Below the pieces are notes generated by a model. That model ran no database searches. It was not told the origin of the DNA and saw only the letters and a program-made list of their open reading frames with translations. Both the position numbers and the translations under genes were made by a program. From positions 70,994 through 134,993 of the forward strand of contig JBGAJA010000001.1 of the NCBI GenBank assembly GCA_044225175.1: a stretch of DNA of 64,000 nucleotides. The letters run 5' to 3'. This DNA is from Candidatus Omnitrophota bacterium (GTDB lineage Bacteria; Omnitrophota; Gorgyraeia; Zapsychrales; Fredricksoniimonadaceae). Within the stretch, counting starts at the first letter, position 1, and each line of letters starts with the position of its first letter. Below are positions 40,269 through 49,289 of this stretch, piece by piece.

Positions 40269-41488
40269 TTCTAAACGTCAAACCAGCCCAATCTTTAAAA
40301 GGGCAGTTTCATCTGCCTGGTTCTAAATCCTACTCCATTCGAGCATTTTTTGTTGGTTCTCAAAGTAGCAAATCCTCTTCTATTATTGATGCGTCCAATT
40401 GTGATGATGCCAAAGTGGCTCAGAATATTTCGAAACATTTCAAGTCTAAGGCAAAGGTATTTGATGTGGGTGAGTCTGGGACGAGCCTGCGCTTTTTATT
40501 GCCGCTATTAGCCTTTCAACCAAATCAGGTTGTCGTCAAAGGTAAGGGAACTCTGATCGGCAGGCCTAATGCCCATTTATGTGAAACTTTGCGTCGGCAA
40601 GGAATGAATATCAAAGGCAGCGGTGTGAAAGAATCTGTTCCTATTACCTACACAGCGGGAAAGCTTAAGGCAGGGAAAATTAAGATTGATGGAAGTTTAA
40701 GTTCCCAATTTGTGTCTGCATTATTAATCGCCTTGCCCCAGCTCAATGAGGACAGTCGTTTATTAATTACAGGTTCTAAGATGGTATCGGTAGATTACAT
40801 TCAGATGACGATCCAGATTCTTTCTAAAGCAGGAATTAAAATTCAGCAAATATCTCAACGAGAATATGTGATTAAAGGAAATCAAAAGTTTAAAAGATTA
40901 AAAGATTTTAAAGTTCCCTCTGATTATGGACTTGCTGCTTTTCCTTTGGCGGCAGCTAGTTTAATTAAATCAAATGTCGTTTTAAAAGGGCATTTGAAAG
41001 AAGATTTGATTCAGGCAGATGGTCATATTATGGAATTTTTGAAGCGCATGGGAGTGGTTTACAAGAAAAACAATTCTTTAATTTCACTTCAAGGTCCTTT
41101 TGATTTAAAAGGAGGAGTTTTTTCTCTTAAAGATTGCCCGGATTTAGTTCCTATTATGTCTGTTTTAGCCCTATTTGCTAAAGGCCAAACAAAGATTGTA
41201 GATATCCATCATGCAAGAGCTAAAGAATCAGACCGGATTTCTGATGTGAGAAGGGAGCTTCTTAAGGTGGGGGCTGATGTCAAAGAAACCGCCAATGCTT
41301 TAATGATTAATCCTAAGCCAGGAAGTTATAAAGCAGGCCAGGTTTTAGACAGCCACAACGATCATCGTTTAGCCATGGCTTGGACTGTCCTTGGATTAAA
41401 GATTGGCTGCAAAATTAAGGGTATAGAATCCTGCCGAAAGTCCTATCCAGATTTTGTTAAAGATATGAGAATATTGGGTTTAAGATAG
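40265..41488 (+). CDS. aroA: EPSP synthase
   Basis: LPGSKS, GESGTSLRF, SSQFVSALL, KESDR, DHRLAM, KSYPDF. Confidence 0.95.
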   Translation: MILNVKPAQSLKGQFHLPGSKSYSIRAFFVGSQSSKSSSIIDASNCDDAKVAQNISKHFKSKAKVFDVGESGTSLRFLLPLLAFQPNQVVVKGKGTLIGRPNAHLCETLRRQGMNIKGSGVKESVPITYTAGKLKAGKIKIDGSLSSQFVSALLIALPQLNEDSRLLITGSKMVSVDYIQMTIQILSKAGIKIQQISQREYVIKGNQKFKRLKDFKVPSDYGLAAFPLAAASLIKSNVVLKGHLKEDLIQADGHIMEFLKRMGVVYKKNNSLISLQGPFDLKGGVFSLKDCPDLVPIMSVLALFAKGQTKIVDIHHARAKESDRISDVRRELLKVGADVKETANALMINPKPGSYKAGQVLDSHNDHRLAMAWTVLGLKIGCKIKGIESCRKSYPDFVKDMRILGLR

Positions 41489-41501
41489 TCTTGGAAATCG
41501 T

Positions 41502-41530
41502 TTGACACCATAGAGGCTTTTGGTTAAGAT
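41502..41530 (+). promoter_or_regulatory. Promoter for mreBC
   Basis: TTGACA(41502-41507)-17-TAAGAT(41525-41530). Confidence 0.7.
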
Positions 41531-41541
41531 GTTGCATCATT

Positions 41542-42615
41542 ATGATTAATCAAATCAAAAAACTTACCGAAAGAATTTCCGATTACGTTTCTAGCCTATT
41601 TTCCAAAGACATGGGAATAGACTTAGGAACAGCTACCACCCTTGTCTATGTAAAAGGCGAGGGTGTTGTTTTGTGTGAACCTTCCGTAGTTGCCATTGAA
41701 AAGGATACCAATCGAGTTGTTGCCGTAGGTGAAGAAGCTAAGCGTATGTTAGGCCGTACCCCGGGAAGTATTGTTGCCATTCGTCCTATGAAAGATGGTG
41801 TTATCTCTGATTTTGAAGTTACAGAGGCTATGCTTAAATATTTCATTCAAAAAGTCCAACCAAGTAAATTTTCGTTTCGCCCAACTATTGTCATTGCAAT
41901 CCCTTCTGGAATTACCGAAGTTGAAAAACGTGCTGTTATTGATTCAGCTGAACATGCTGGAGCGCGCCATGTTATTTTAATTGAAGAACCTAAAGCAGCT
42001 GCTATTGGCGTGGGTTTACCTGTCCATGAGCCTGCTGGAAACATGATTATTGATATTGGTGGCGGTACAACCGAGTTTGCAGTCATTTCATTAGGTGGAC
42101 TGGTTTATGCTAAATCCATCCGAATTGCAGGGGACGAGATGGACATGGCCATTATTGAATATTTACGTAAAACTTATAATTTGATGATTGGTGAACGCAC
42201 AGCTGAAGAAATCAAGATTCGTTTAGGTTCTGCGTATCCTTTAGACGAAGAATTAAATATGGATGTGCGTGGGCGTGATTTGATTGCGGGGTTACCAAAG
42301 ACAATCAACATTACTTCCGTTGAGATTCGCGAAGCTTTGGCAGATCCTGTTCAGGCCATTGTAGATGCTTCTAAATCAACTTTGGAACATACTCCTCCTG
42401 AATTAGCTGCAGATTTAATAGACCGTGGGATTGTTATGGCCGGTGGAGGATCTTTACTTCGAGGCCTTGATAAACGTATTGCTGAGGAAACCGGACTACC
42501 TGTTCATGTGGCGGATGATCCTCTTACCGCAGTCGTCAATGGTACTGGAGAAACTCTAAATATGTCTCCTGCCATGCGTCGACGTTTTACCCAGCACACA
42601 AAACTAGACTTTTAG
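41542..42615 (+). CDS. mreB: Rod shape-determining protein MreB
   Basis: [39 protein letters not shown]. Confidence 0.98.
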   Translation: MINQIKKLTERISDYVSSLFSKDMGIDLGTATTLVYVKGEGVVLCEPSVVAIEKDTNRVVAVGEEAKRMLGRTPGSIVAIRPMKDGVISDFEVTEAMLKYFIQKVQPSKFSFRPTIVIAIPSGITEVEKRAVIDSAEHAGARHVILIEEPKAAAIGVGLPVHEPAGNMIIDIGGGTTEFAVISLGGLVYAKSIRIAGDEMDMAIIEYLRKTYNLMIGERTAEEIKIRLGSAYPLDEELNMDVRGRDLIAGLPKTINITSVEIREALADPVQAIVDASKSTLEHTPPELAADLIDRGIVMAGGGSLLRGLDKRIAEETGLPVHVADDPLTAVVNGTGETLNMSPAMRRRFTQHTKLDF

Positions 42616-42624
42616 TAGACTCCC

Positions 42625-43401
42625 GTGTTTCGTAAATATCTTAAACAAATTATTTACATTAGCATTCTTGTCATTCCTCTATTAATTCTTTTTTTACATC
42701 CGAAACAATCACGGCCGACCTTTTTATTGGATTTAACAGTAAAACCTATTCATTGGTTTGAAGCTCCGATTGTTGAATTAAAGAAGTTGTTCTTTTACAG
42801 AGAAGCATACGATGAGTATTACAAAATGAAGAAACAGGTGGATGCTCTAAGATCTCGAATTGTATTTTTACAAGAAACTTTTGAAAAAAATAAGCAAGAT
42901 CGTGTCGTTAGTGAATTTCGTCGTAATCAAAGCTATGTTTCATTAACAGCGCATGTGATTGGACGAGACCCTTCGAATTGGAATGCTTCTTTGATTATTG
43001 ATAAGGGGCAAAAAGATGGACTAAAGATTGGGATGCCTGTTATTTCTGTTCTGGGTGTGGTTGGTAGGATTTTTGAGATTGGCAAGAATACGGCTAAAGT
43101 TATTTTGCTCTCTGATTCGGCGTTTAGTGTTGCGGCAACAGTACAAAGAACACGGGAAAGCGGCCTATTAACGGGTTCTTTAGAGGGTGTTTGTAGATTA
43201 GCTTATTTAACAGATAAGGCAGATGTGAAGGTTGGTGATCGAGTGATTACTTCGAAACTCAGTTCTGTCTTTCCAGAAGGAATTTTAATAGGACTCGTTC
43301 AAGATGTCAGGGCCAGTCAGAATACACATACGGTGGAATGCTTAGTTGAACCGGCGGTGGATTTGTCGCAGATAGAAGAGGTTATTGTAATTAAAAGGTA
43401 G
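42625..43401 (+). CDS. mreC: Rod shape-determining protein MreC
   Basis: TM + coiled coil, IDKGQKDG..GMPV..GVVGRI, VITS..FPEGI; follows mreB. Confidence 0.95.
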   Translation: MFRKYLKQIIYISILVIPLLILFLHPKQSRPTFLLDLTVKPIHWFEAPIVELKKLFFYREAYDEYYKMKKQVDALRSRIVFLQETFEKNKQDRVVSEFRRNQSYVSLTAHVIGRDPSNWNASLIIDKGQKDGLKIGMPVISVLGVVGRIFEIGKNTAKVILLSDSAFSVAATVQRTRESGLLTGSLEGVCRLAYLTDKADVKVGDRVITSKLSSVFPEGILIGLVQDVRASQNTHTVECLVEPAVDLSQIEEVIVIKR

Positions 43402-43425
43402 GGACGACCGGCCGGTCGTCTGTAC
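43398..43425. repeat. GTAG-type REP-like palindrome
   Basis: GTAGGGACGACCGGCCGGTCGTCTGTAC; perfect 18-bp palindrome at 43403-43420. Confidence 0.75.
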
Positions 43426-43439
43426 AGATAATCAAAATT

Positions 43440-44339
43440 ATGAACGCCATAGAAATCAAAAATTTAGTTAAGACATATAAAAACGGAACTCAAGCTGTTA
43501 AAGGTGTAGATTTAACGGTTGAAGAGGGGGATTTCTTTGCGCTTTTAGGGGCAAATGGAGCCGGAAAAACAACCATCATTAGCATTCTCATTGGTTTAGT
43601 GAATAAGACTTCAGGTGATATAAAAATTTTTGGGCATAGTCTTGAGAAGGAATTTGATACGGCTAAACGTCTGATTGGAGTTGTTCCGCAAGAATTTAAT
43701 TTTAATATGTTTGAAAAGGTTTTAGATATTGTTTCTATCCAGGCTGGTTTCTTTGGGATTGAACGTAAAGAGGCATTGAAGAATACAGAAGAAGTGTTGA
43801 AAAAAGTGGGGCTATGGGAGAAAAGAAATTCCATGTCGCGCACTTTATCTGGAGGAATGAAAAGACGTTTAATGATCGCTCGCGCATTGGTGCACCGACC
43901 AAAAATTCTTATTTTAGATGAACCAACCGCAGGTGTAGATGTGCAACTGCGGGTAGGTATGTGGGATTATTTGCGTGAACTTAATTCTCAAGGAGTAACG
44001 ATTCTCTTAACGACCCATTATTTGGAAGAAGTTCAGCAAATGTGCAAAGAAGCAGCGATCATTAAAGATGGGAAAATTGTCCGTTTAGATAGTGTTAAGA
44101 ATTTAAATAAACTGATTACAGAAGAGACATATGTGATTACTGTCAAAGCTATGCAGCCTTTAACTGGAATCTCAGCCTATAAACCCGTCGTAGTTGATGA
44201 GCATACGTTAGAAGTTAATTTAAATCGTGATGCTCAACTAAACGATTTATTAGTTCATCTTATTAAAAATGGCTTTTCGATTACGGACGTTCATCCTAAA
44301 GAACAACGCTTAGAAAAATTATTTTTATCTCTCATATGA
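43440..44339 (+). CDS. ABC-2 type ATP-binding protein (YadG-like)
   Basis: GANGAGKTT, VPQEFNF, LSGGMKRR, LDEPTAGVD, TTHY. Confidence 0.93.
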   Translation: MNAIEIKNLVKTYKNGTQAVKGVDLTVEEGDFFALLGANGAGKTTIISILIGLVNKTSGDIKIFGHSLEKEFDTAKRLIGVVPQEFNFNMFEKVLDIVSIQAGFFGIERKEALKNTEEVLKKVGLWEKRNSMSRTLSGGMKRRLMIARALVHRPKILILDEPTAGVDVQLRVGMWDYLRELNSQGVTILLTTHYLEEVQQMCKEAAIIKDGKIVRLDSVKNLNKLITEETYVITVKAMQPLTGISAYKPVVVDEHTLEVNLNRDAQLNDLLVHLIKNGFSITDVHPKEQRLEKLFLSLI

Positions 44340-45103
44340 AACATCAATGGATTGCATTTCAAACATTAGTACGTAAAGAAATTACCCGGATCGTGCGTAT
44401 TTGGACGCAAACCTTATTGCCGCCTTTGGTAACTCAAACTTTATATTTTGTCATTTTTGGTAAATTTATTGGTTCCCAAGTAGGCGCGATCAGCGGGGTC
44501 TCATACATGTCATTTATAGTACCAGGACTTGTGATGATGGCGGTTATCAATAGTTCTTATGGAAATGTCGTCAGTTCTTTCTTCGGTGCTAAATTTCAAC
44601 GCAGTATTGAAGAAATGCTTGTGTCTCCCATGCAGGAGTGGGTGATTGTTGCAGGTTATGCTTGTGCTGGAATTATAAGGGGTGTGGTGGTTGGGTTTTT
44701 AGTGTTTTTGATTTCCTGTTTCTTTACGCATCCAACAGTGCATCATTTGGGGATTATTCTCCTTTTTACAATCCTTTCTGCGACAGTCTTCTCGCTGGCT
44801 GGTATGGTTAATGGTATTTTTGCCAGAAATTTTGATGAAGTAGCCATTTTTCAGAATTTTGTTCTTGTTCCTCTGATTTATTTAGGTGGTGTTTTTTATT
44901 CTATTTTAAGTTTGCCCGTATTTTGGCAAAATGTTTCTAAATTGAATCCGCTTTTATATATGGTGGATGGTTTTAGATATGGATTTTTTGGATTTTCAGA
45001 TGTGAATGTTGGCTTTAGTGCAGGGTTCTTGGTTGTATTGACTTTGATTCTTTGGCAACTGAATATCTGGTTGTTGAAGAAAGGAATAGGAATTAAAAAT
45101 TAG
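44336..45103 (+). CDS. ABC-2 type permease (YadH-like)
   Basis: RIWTQTLLPP, YMSFIVPGLVMM, YLGGVFYS, NPLLYMVDGFRYG. Confidence 0.93.
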   Translation: MKHQWIAFQTLVRKEITRIVRIWTQTLLPPLVTQTLYFVIFGKFIGSQVGAISGVSYMSFIVPGLVMMAVINSSYGNVVSSFFGAKFQRSIEEMLVSPMQEWVIVAGYACAGIIRGVVVGFLVFLISCFFTHPTVHHLGIILLFTILSATVFSLAGMVNGIFARNFDEVAIFQNFVLVPLIYLGGVFYSILSLPVFWQNVSKLNPLLYMVDGFRYGFFGFSDVNVGFSAGFLVVLTLILWQLNIWLLKKGIGIKN

Positions 45104-45152
45104 AGTCGTAATGTGCGGCTTAAATTATGGAATACCAAATCAAGGAGGATGT

Positions 45153-45740
45153 ATGAATAAAGTTTCTTTTGCTTTATTGTTTACCGTAGGATTGTTGGTT
45201 AATTCTGCTTTTGCAGCCGACAGTTATAAAATAGACCCAGCACACACAACTTTTGGGTTTACAGCAAAACATATGATGATTAGTAATGTTAGCGGTCAAT
45301 TCGATAAATATGACGGAACGATTGTATATGATCCTAAAGATTTGGTTAATTCACAGATTAACGTCACAATCGATGCTTCTAGTATTGATACTCGTAATGC
45401 AAAGCGAGATGATCATTTACGAAGTGGGGATTTCTTTGAAACAGAGAAATATCCTACAATGACATTTGTCAGTAAAAGAATCACTGCTTCTGAGATTGTA
45501 GGGGATTTAACTATGAAGGGTGTTACTAAAGAGGTCTCAATCCCAGCTACTATCGCAGGCCCAATTAAGACCCCTATGGGTAATGCTATTGGTATTACTG
45601 GTACATTTACTCTTAACCGTCAAGATTATGGGGTTAGCTTCAATAAGGTCCTAGATCAAGGTGGAATGGCCGTATCTAATGATATTGTTGTTACTATCAG
45701 TGCCGAAGCAACCAAAGCAGAAGATAATACAAAAAAATAA
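45153..45740 (+). CDS. YceI-family lipid/polyisoprenoid-binding protein
   Basis: Signal peptide, YKIDPAHT, SIDT.N.KRDDHLRS.DFF, GDLTMKGVTK; SD AGGAGG before ATG 45153. Confidence 0.93.
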   Translation: MNKVSFALLFTVGLLVNSAFAADSYKIDPAHTTFGFTAKHMMISNVSGQFDKYDGTIVYDPKDLVNSQINVTIDASSIDTRNAKRDDHLRSGDFFETEKYPTMTFVSKRITASEIVGDLTMKGVTKEVSIPATIAGPIKTPMGNAIGITGTFTLNRQDYGVSFNKVLDQGGMAVSNDIVVTISAEATKAEDNTKK

Positions 45741-45762
45741 TTTAATATATATATGCAGTTTT

Positions 45763-45800
45763 AGAAACCCTCGTGCTTTATCGACGAGGGTTTTCTATTT
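45763..45800 (+). terminator. Intrinsic terminator after the YceI gene
   Basis: AAACCCTCGT(45765-45774)/ACGAGGGTTT(45784-45793) stem, T-rich tail. Confidence 0.75.
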
Positions 45801-45840
45801 ATACACAGGAAACCGTTTTCTTAAAACAGACCCCAGGGCC

Positions 45841-45938
45841 TTGATTTTGTCTTGACAGGTGATATCCTTGCATTAGAAGGTCTCACAAGGCCTTCGAGTT
45901 CCGCGGACAAAACCGATGGAACGGAAAGGAGGGTCCAT
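45841..45938 (+). promoter_or_regulatory. Promoter plus structured 5' leader
   Basis: TTGATT-16-TATCCT with extended TG; two hairpins at 45876-45895 and 45898-45922; SD AAGGAGG at 45926-45932. Confidence 0.5.
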
Positions 45939-46592
45939 ATGAATACTTTCATCTTGGATCCACTAAAATCAGTAGTAGGTATGGTGTACAGTTATATCCC
46001 CATCACAGTTGCTGTGTTGGCGGTCTTAGTGATTGGTACCTTATTGGCTAGAAGCGCCGGGAAACTCGTCGCTGGCCTTTTGAAGGACATTCACGCAGAC
46101 AAATTAAGCCACACCGTAGGTTTAGATCGTGTCTTAGTCACGGGTGGAGTCAGACGCTCTGTATCTGAGACGGTAGGTTGTGTGATTACATGGATGCTTT
46201 TAATCACCACCTTCGTGATTGCCTTGAGAATCGCAGGCTTTAATGTGTTAGGTATGACCGATTCAATCACAGGTTATATACCCACTGTTATTACAGCTGC
46301 GGTAGCCTTGATTGTAGGGATTATCTTGGCACACATTATTGGCATTTTCGTCCGTATGGTTGCTGCTAACTGCGGAATGCCACAGCCTGATTTGATCGCT
46401 ACTTTCAGTAAATGGGCCGTAGTAGCCACCGCTTCTATCGCTTTCTTGGATAAAATCGGCCTTGGGTTCCTATTTACTGGAACAGCCTTAACATTAATGG
46501 TAGCAGCCCTAGCCTTGGCCCTAGGATTGGCCTTTGGTATAGGCGGACGTGAGCATGCTTCTCATTATTTAACTAAGCTGCTTAAGCATTAA
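45939..46592 (+). CDS. CmpX/MscS-TM-helix-repeat membrane protein
   Basis: Two YIP.....A repeats and ALALALGLAFGIGGR end; start moved to ATG 45939. Confidence 0.8.
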   Translation: MNTFILDPLKSVVGMVYSYIPITVAVLAVLVIGTLLARSAGKLVAGLLKDIHADKLSHTVGLDRVLVTGGVRRSVSETVGCVITWMLLITTFVIALRIAGFNVLGMTDSITGYIPTVITAAVALIVGIILAHIIGIFVRMVAANCGMPQPDLIATFSKWAVVATASIAFLDKIGLGFLFTGTALTLMVAALALALGLAFGIGGREHASHYLTKLLKH

Positions 46593-46645
46593 AAGAGATC
46601 CCTCAGCCACTCCTGAAAATGGGGCAGGGTGGCATCCACAAAACG

Positions 46646-46686
46646 GCCCTGCTGGGTCGAAAGATCCGGCAGGGCTCGTCCTTTTA
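46646..46686 (+). terminator. Intrinsic terminator
   Basis: 13-bp stem GCCCTGCTGGGTC-GAAA-GATCCGGCAGGGC, then CCTTTT. Confidence 0.75.
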
Positions 46687-46755
46687 GTATATTTTATTGG
46701 TAAAATCCTTCGAGGATGCTATACTATCACCAAAAGAACAACCAAGGAATTAGGG

Positions 46756-47100
46756 ATGGATAACAGAAGACGATATCAAAGATATCCTTTTTATGAACCT
46801 GTAAGTTTTCAGCAAAAGCATTTAGAAACACCATTAGAAGGCTCTCTTTCGGAAGATATTAGCCTTCAGGGGTTAAAGCTGAATGTCAATGAGTTTATCC
46901 CTCTTAATACGGTTCTAGAGTTACAGATCCAAATACCTGGTCAAGTTCGGATGGTCTTTGTGAATGCTAAAGTGGTATGGGTCAAAGAAAGTCCAAAGCG
47001 TATTGATGGCTGGCAGGTGGGTTTAGAGTTAGTCGATGACAAATCTTCTTTATCTGAAATTGAAAACTACGTCAGATTTCTACGATTTGAAAGAGCTTAA
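46756..47100 (+). CDS. Single-domain PilZ protein
   Basis: RRRYQR and DISLQG c-di-GMP-binding motifs, KVVWV..GLEL. Confidence 0.9.
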   Translation: MDNRRRYQRYPFYEPVSFQQKHLETPLEGSLSEDISLQGLKLNVNEFIPLNTVLELQIQIPGQVRMVFVNAKVVWVKESPKRIDGWQVGLELVDDKSSLSEIENYVRFLRFERA

Positions 47101-47160
47101 TTTTCCCCAAATAATTTAAAATAAAAGATTTACCAACAATTGAAAGGAGTTTTACGTTTT

Positions 47161-47364
47161 ATGGCAGAAGCAAAAGCATCCACACCGGTAGTAGAAGAAG
47201 TAAAGAATTGTCCTTCTTGTAAAAAACCTCTTAAGAAGGCTCGAAGATTTTATCGCAATGGTTCTTATTTTTGTAATAGCAATTGCTTCAAAAAAGCAAA
47301 GGCAGTAGCTGATAAAGCAAAAGCCGATAAAGCTGCAGCTGAACCAGCTGAGAATAAGGGTTAA
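47161..47364 (+). CDS. Small treble-clef zinc-finger-like protein with Ala/Lys-rich tail
   Basis: CPSCKK...YFCNSNC; SD AAGGAG before ATG 47161. Confidence 0.7.
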   Translation: MAEAKASTPVVEEVKNCPSCKKPLKKARRFYRNGSYFCNSNCFKKAKAVADKAKADKAAAEPAENKG

Positions 47365-47368
47365 TTTT

Positions 47369-47755
47369 GTGAATTCTCACAACTCCCAAGGTTCAGAAAG
47401 ACGCAGGCACCCCCGCTTAGAGCAACCCATTGCACTTAAAATTTCTAGTGGAGATGGAGATATTGTCACTGAAACAAAGAATTTAAGCAGCTCTGGCGCT
47501 CTTTGTCTGATCAATAAATTTATTACTCCCATGACGAAGTTAAAGCTGCACTTCTTGTTGCCAATTAAGAAAAATAAGAAGATTGTCAATAAACGAATCA
47601 GTTGTGAAGGGGTGGTGGTTCGTTCAGAAGCAGCGGTTGATCAGGATTCTTTCCAAACCGCTATTTTTTTTAGCGATATTTCTCCCAAAGATAGTCAAAC
47701 CATCCATGAGTTTATTGATTTCACAATGCCTGCCCATGGAATCCCAGGAAAATAA
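47369..47755 (+). CDS. Single-domain PilZ protein
   Basis: ERRRHPR and NLSSSG motifs, GVVVR, AIFF; GTG start. Confidence 0.9.
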   Translation: MNSHNSQGSERRRHPRLEQPIALKISSGDGDIVTETKNLSSSGALCLINKFITPMTKLKLHFLLPIKKNKKIVNKRISCEGVVVRSEAAVDQDSFQTAIFFSDISPKDSQTIHEFIDFTMPAHGIPGK

Positions 47756-48407
47756 ATCATACATTGAAATTCTATACGAAGATAATGACTGCGTTGCTTT
47801 TTATAAGCCCGCTGGGTTATTAGTTATTCCAACAGATAAAGGGGGGGGCCGTAACATGGTTTCCTTGGTTAATGACAATAAAGAAGCACAAAGACTGTAT
47901 CCGGCCCATCGTTTGGATCGAGATACATCAGGAATCATCCTTTTTGCTAAAGGTAAAGATAATCAACAGCGTTTAATGGACTCTTTTAAAGAACGTAAAG
48001 TTAAGAAAACTTACACCGCGTTTGTTCATGGTCGCATTAAGTTATCTCAAGGTGAAATTCGAATTCCTATCAAAGATTTTTATCAAAAGAAATTTCAGAA
48101 GAACATTCCAGCCCAAGAAGCTTTGACTCGATACAAAGTTATTGAATACCATAAGAATTATACTGTTGTTGAAGTCAACCCCATCACAGGGCGTACTAAT
48201 CAAATTCGTATCCATTTTCTTAATATAGGACATCCTTTGGTAGGGGAACATAAGTATGTTTTTCGTAAAGACTTTGATTTAAGATTTAAACGAACAGCTT
48301 TACATGCCAAAGAATTATCATGGCCTCATCCAGTTACAGGAAAAATGATCACTGTTCAAGCACCTTTGGCGAAAGATATGACTAATTTTCTAGGAAAAAA
48401 TCCATAG
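47736..48407 (+). CDS. RluA-family pseudouridine synthase (no S4 domain)
   Basis: ILYED, KPAGL, HRLDRDTSG, TGRTNQIRIH; start moved to ATG 47736. Confidence 0.9.
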   Translation: MESQENKSYIEILYEDNDCVAFYKPAGLLVIPTDKGGGRNMVSLVNDNKEAQRLYPAHRLDRDTSGIILFAKGKDNQQRLMDSFKERKVKKTYTAFVHGRIKLSQGEIRIPIKDFYQKKFQKNIPAQEALTRYKVIEYHKNYTVVEVNPITGRTNQIRIHFLNIGHPLVGEHKYVFRKDFDLRFKRTALHAKELSWPHPVTGKMITVQAPLAKDMTNFLGKNP

Positions 48408-48426
48408 TCGCGCTACAATTGGCCAT

Positions 48427-49200
48427 ATGTTAATTACTTCTCTTGTTGATTTTATCAAACCTATTATCGAAATTGCTATTCTCTGGTTTGTGTTTTATCG
48501 CATTTTATTATTCTTTGAAGGCACGCGAGCTTTTCAAGTCCTCAAAGGGATCGCTTACCTAATCATCGCCCTTTTACTATCTCAGCTTTTTGGTTTCCAA
48601 GTCCTTAACTGGCTGCTTAAGAATTTCTTTTCCATCTGGATCGTTGTGATCGTTGTTATTTTTCAAAATGAATTACGTGCAGGTCTTGCACGTTTAGGGC
48701 AAAATCATTTGTTCAGTATTTCATTAGGGGAAAGTGAATTGAAAGCATTGATTGAAGAAGTTTCAGATGCTGTTTATCGATTATCAAGACGTAAAACAGG
48801 ATGTTTAATCGCAATTGAGAGGGAGATGAAGTTAACGATGTACATCGAAAGTGGGGTTATTCTCGATTCTAAGATTTCATCATCGCTGTTGCAAAGCATT
48901 TTTATGCCTCAAGCCCCTTTGCATGATGGGGGAGTTATCATTCGAGGTGAACGTATTGCTGCCTCCTCATGTTTATTTCCGCTATCCGATAATCCTTCCG
49001 TCAGTAAGACTGTAGGAACCAGGCATAGAGCGGCTCTAGGTTTAAGTGAGCATACAGATGCCATTTTAGCTTTAGTTTCAGAAGAGACATCAGATGTCAG
49101 TATTGTTTATGAAGGACGATTGATCAAGATTGATGATCAAAAACATTTTGTAAGTGTCCTTGAAACATATTTAAATCCTACCCAAAGGTCTACGGTATGA
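48427..49200 (+). CDS. cdaA: Membrane-bound diadenylate cyclase CdaA/DacA
   Basis: Three TM helices, FQNELR..L, PLHDGG, GTRHRAALG, VSEET. Confidence 0.95.
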   Translation: MLITSLVDFIKPIIEIAILWFVFYRILLFFEGTRAFQVLKGIAYLIIALLLSQLFGFQVLNWLLKNFFSIWIVVIVVIFQNELRAGLARLGQNHLFSISLGESELKALIEEVSDAVYRLSRRKTGCLIAIEREMKLTMYIESGVILDSKISSSLLQSIFMPQAPLHDGGVIIRGERIAASSCLFPLSDNPSVSKTVGTRHRAALGLSEHTDAILALVSEETSDVSIVYEGRLIKIDDQKHFVSVLETYLNPTQRSTV

Positions 49201-49286
49201 AAAATTGGCTTAATTCACATATATTGCTCAAACTTGTTGCCCTTGGGCTTGCGATTATCACATGGTTTTATGTGAAAAACGGATAA
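49197..49286 (+). CDS. 29-aa membrane microprotein resembling the N-terminal TM anchor of CdaR/YbbR (not in ORF track)
   Basis: Manual translation MKNWLNSHILLKLVALGLAIITWFYVKNG*; ATGA overlap with the cdaA stop; fills the gap to pdxJ. Confidence 0.8.
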   Translation: MKNWLNSHILLKLVALGLAIITWFYVKNG

Positions 49287-49289
49287 TCA

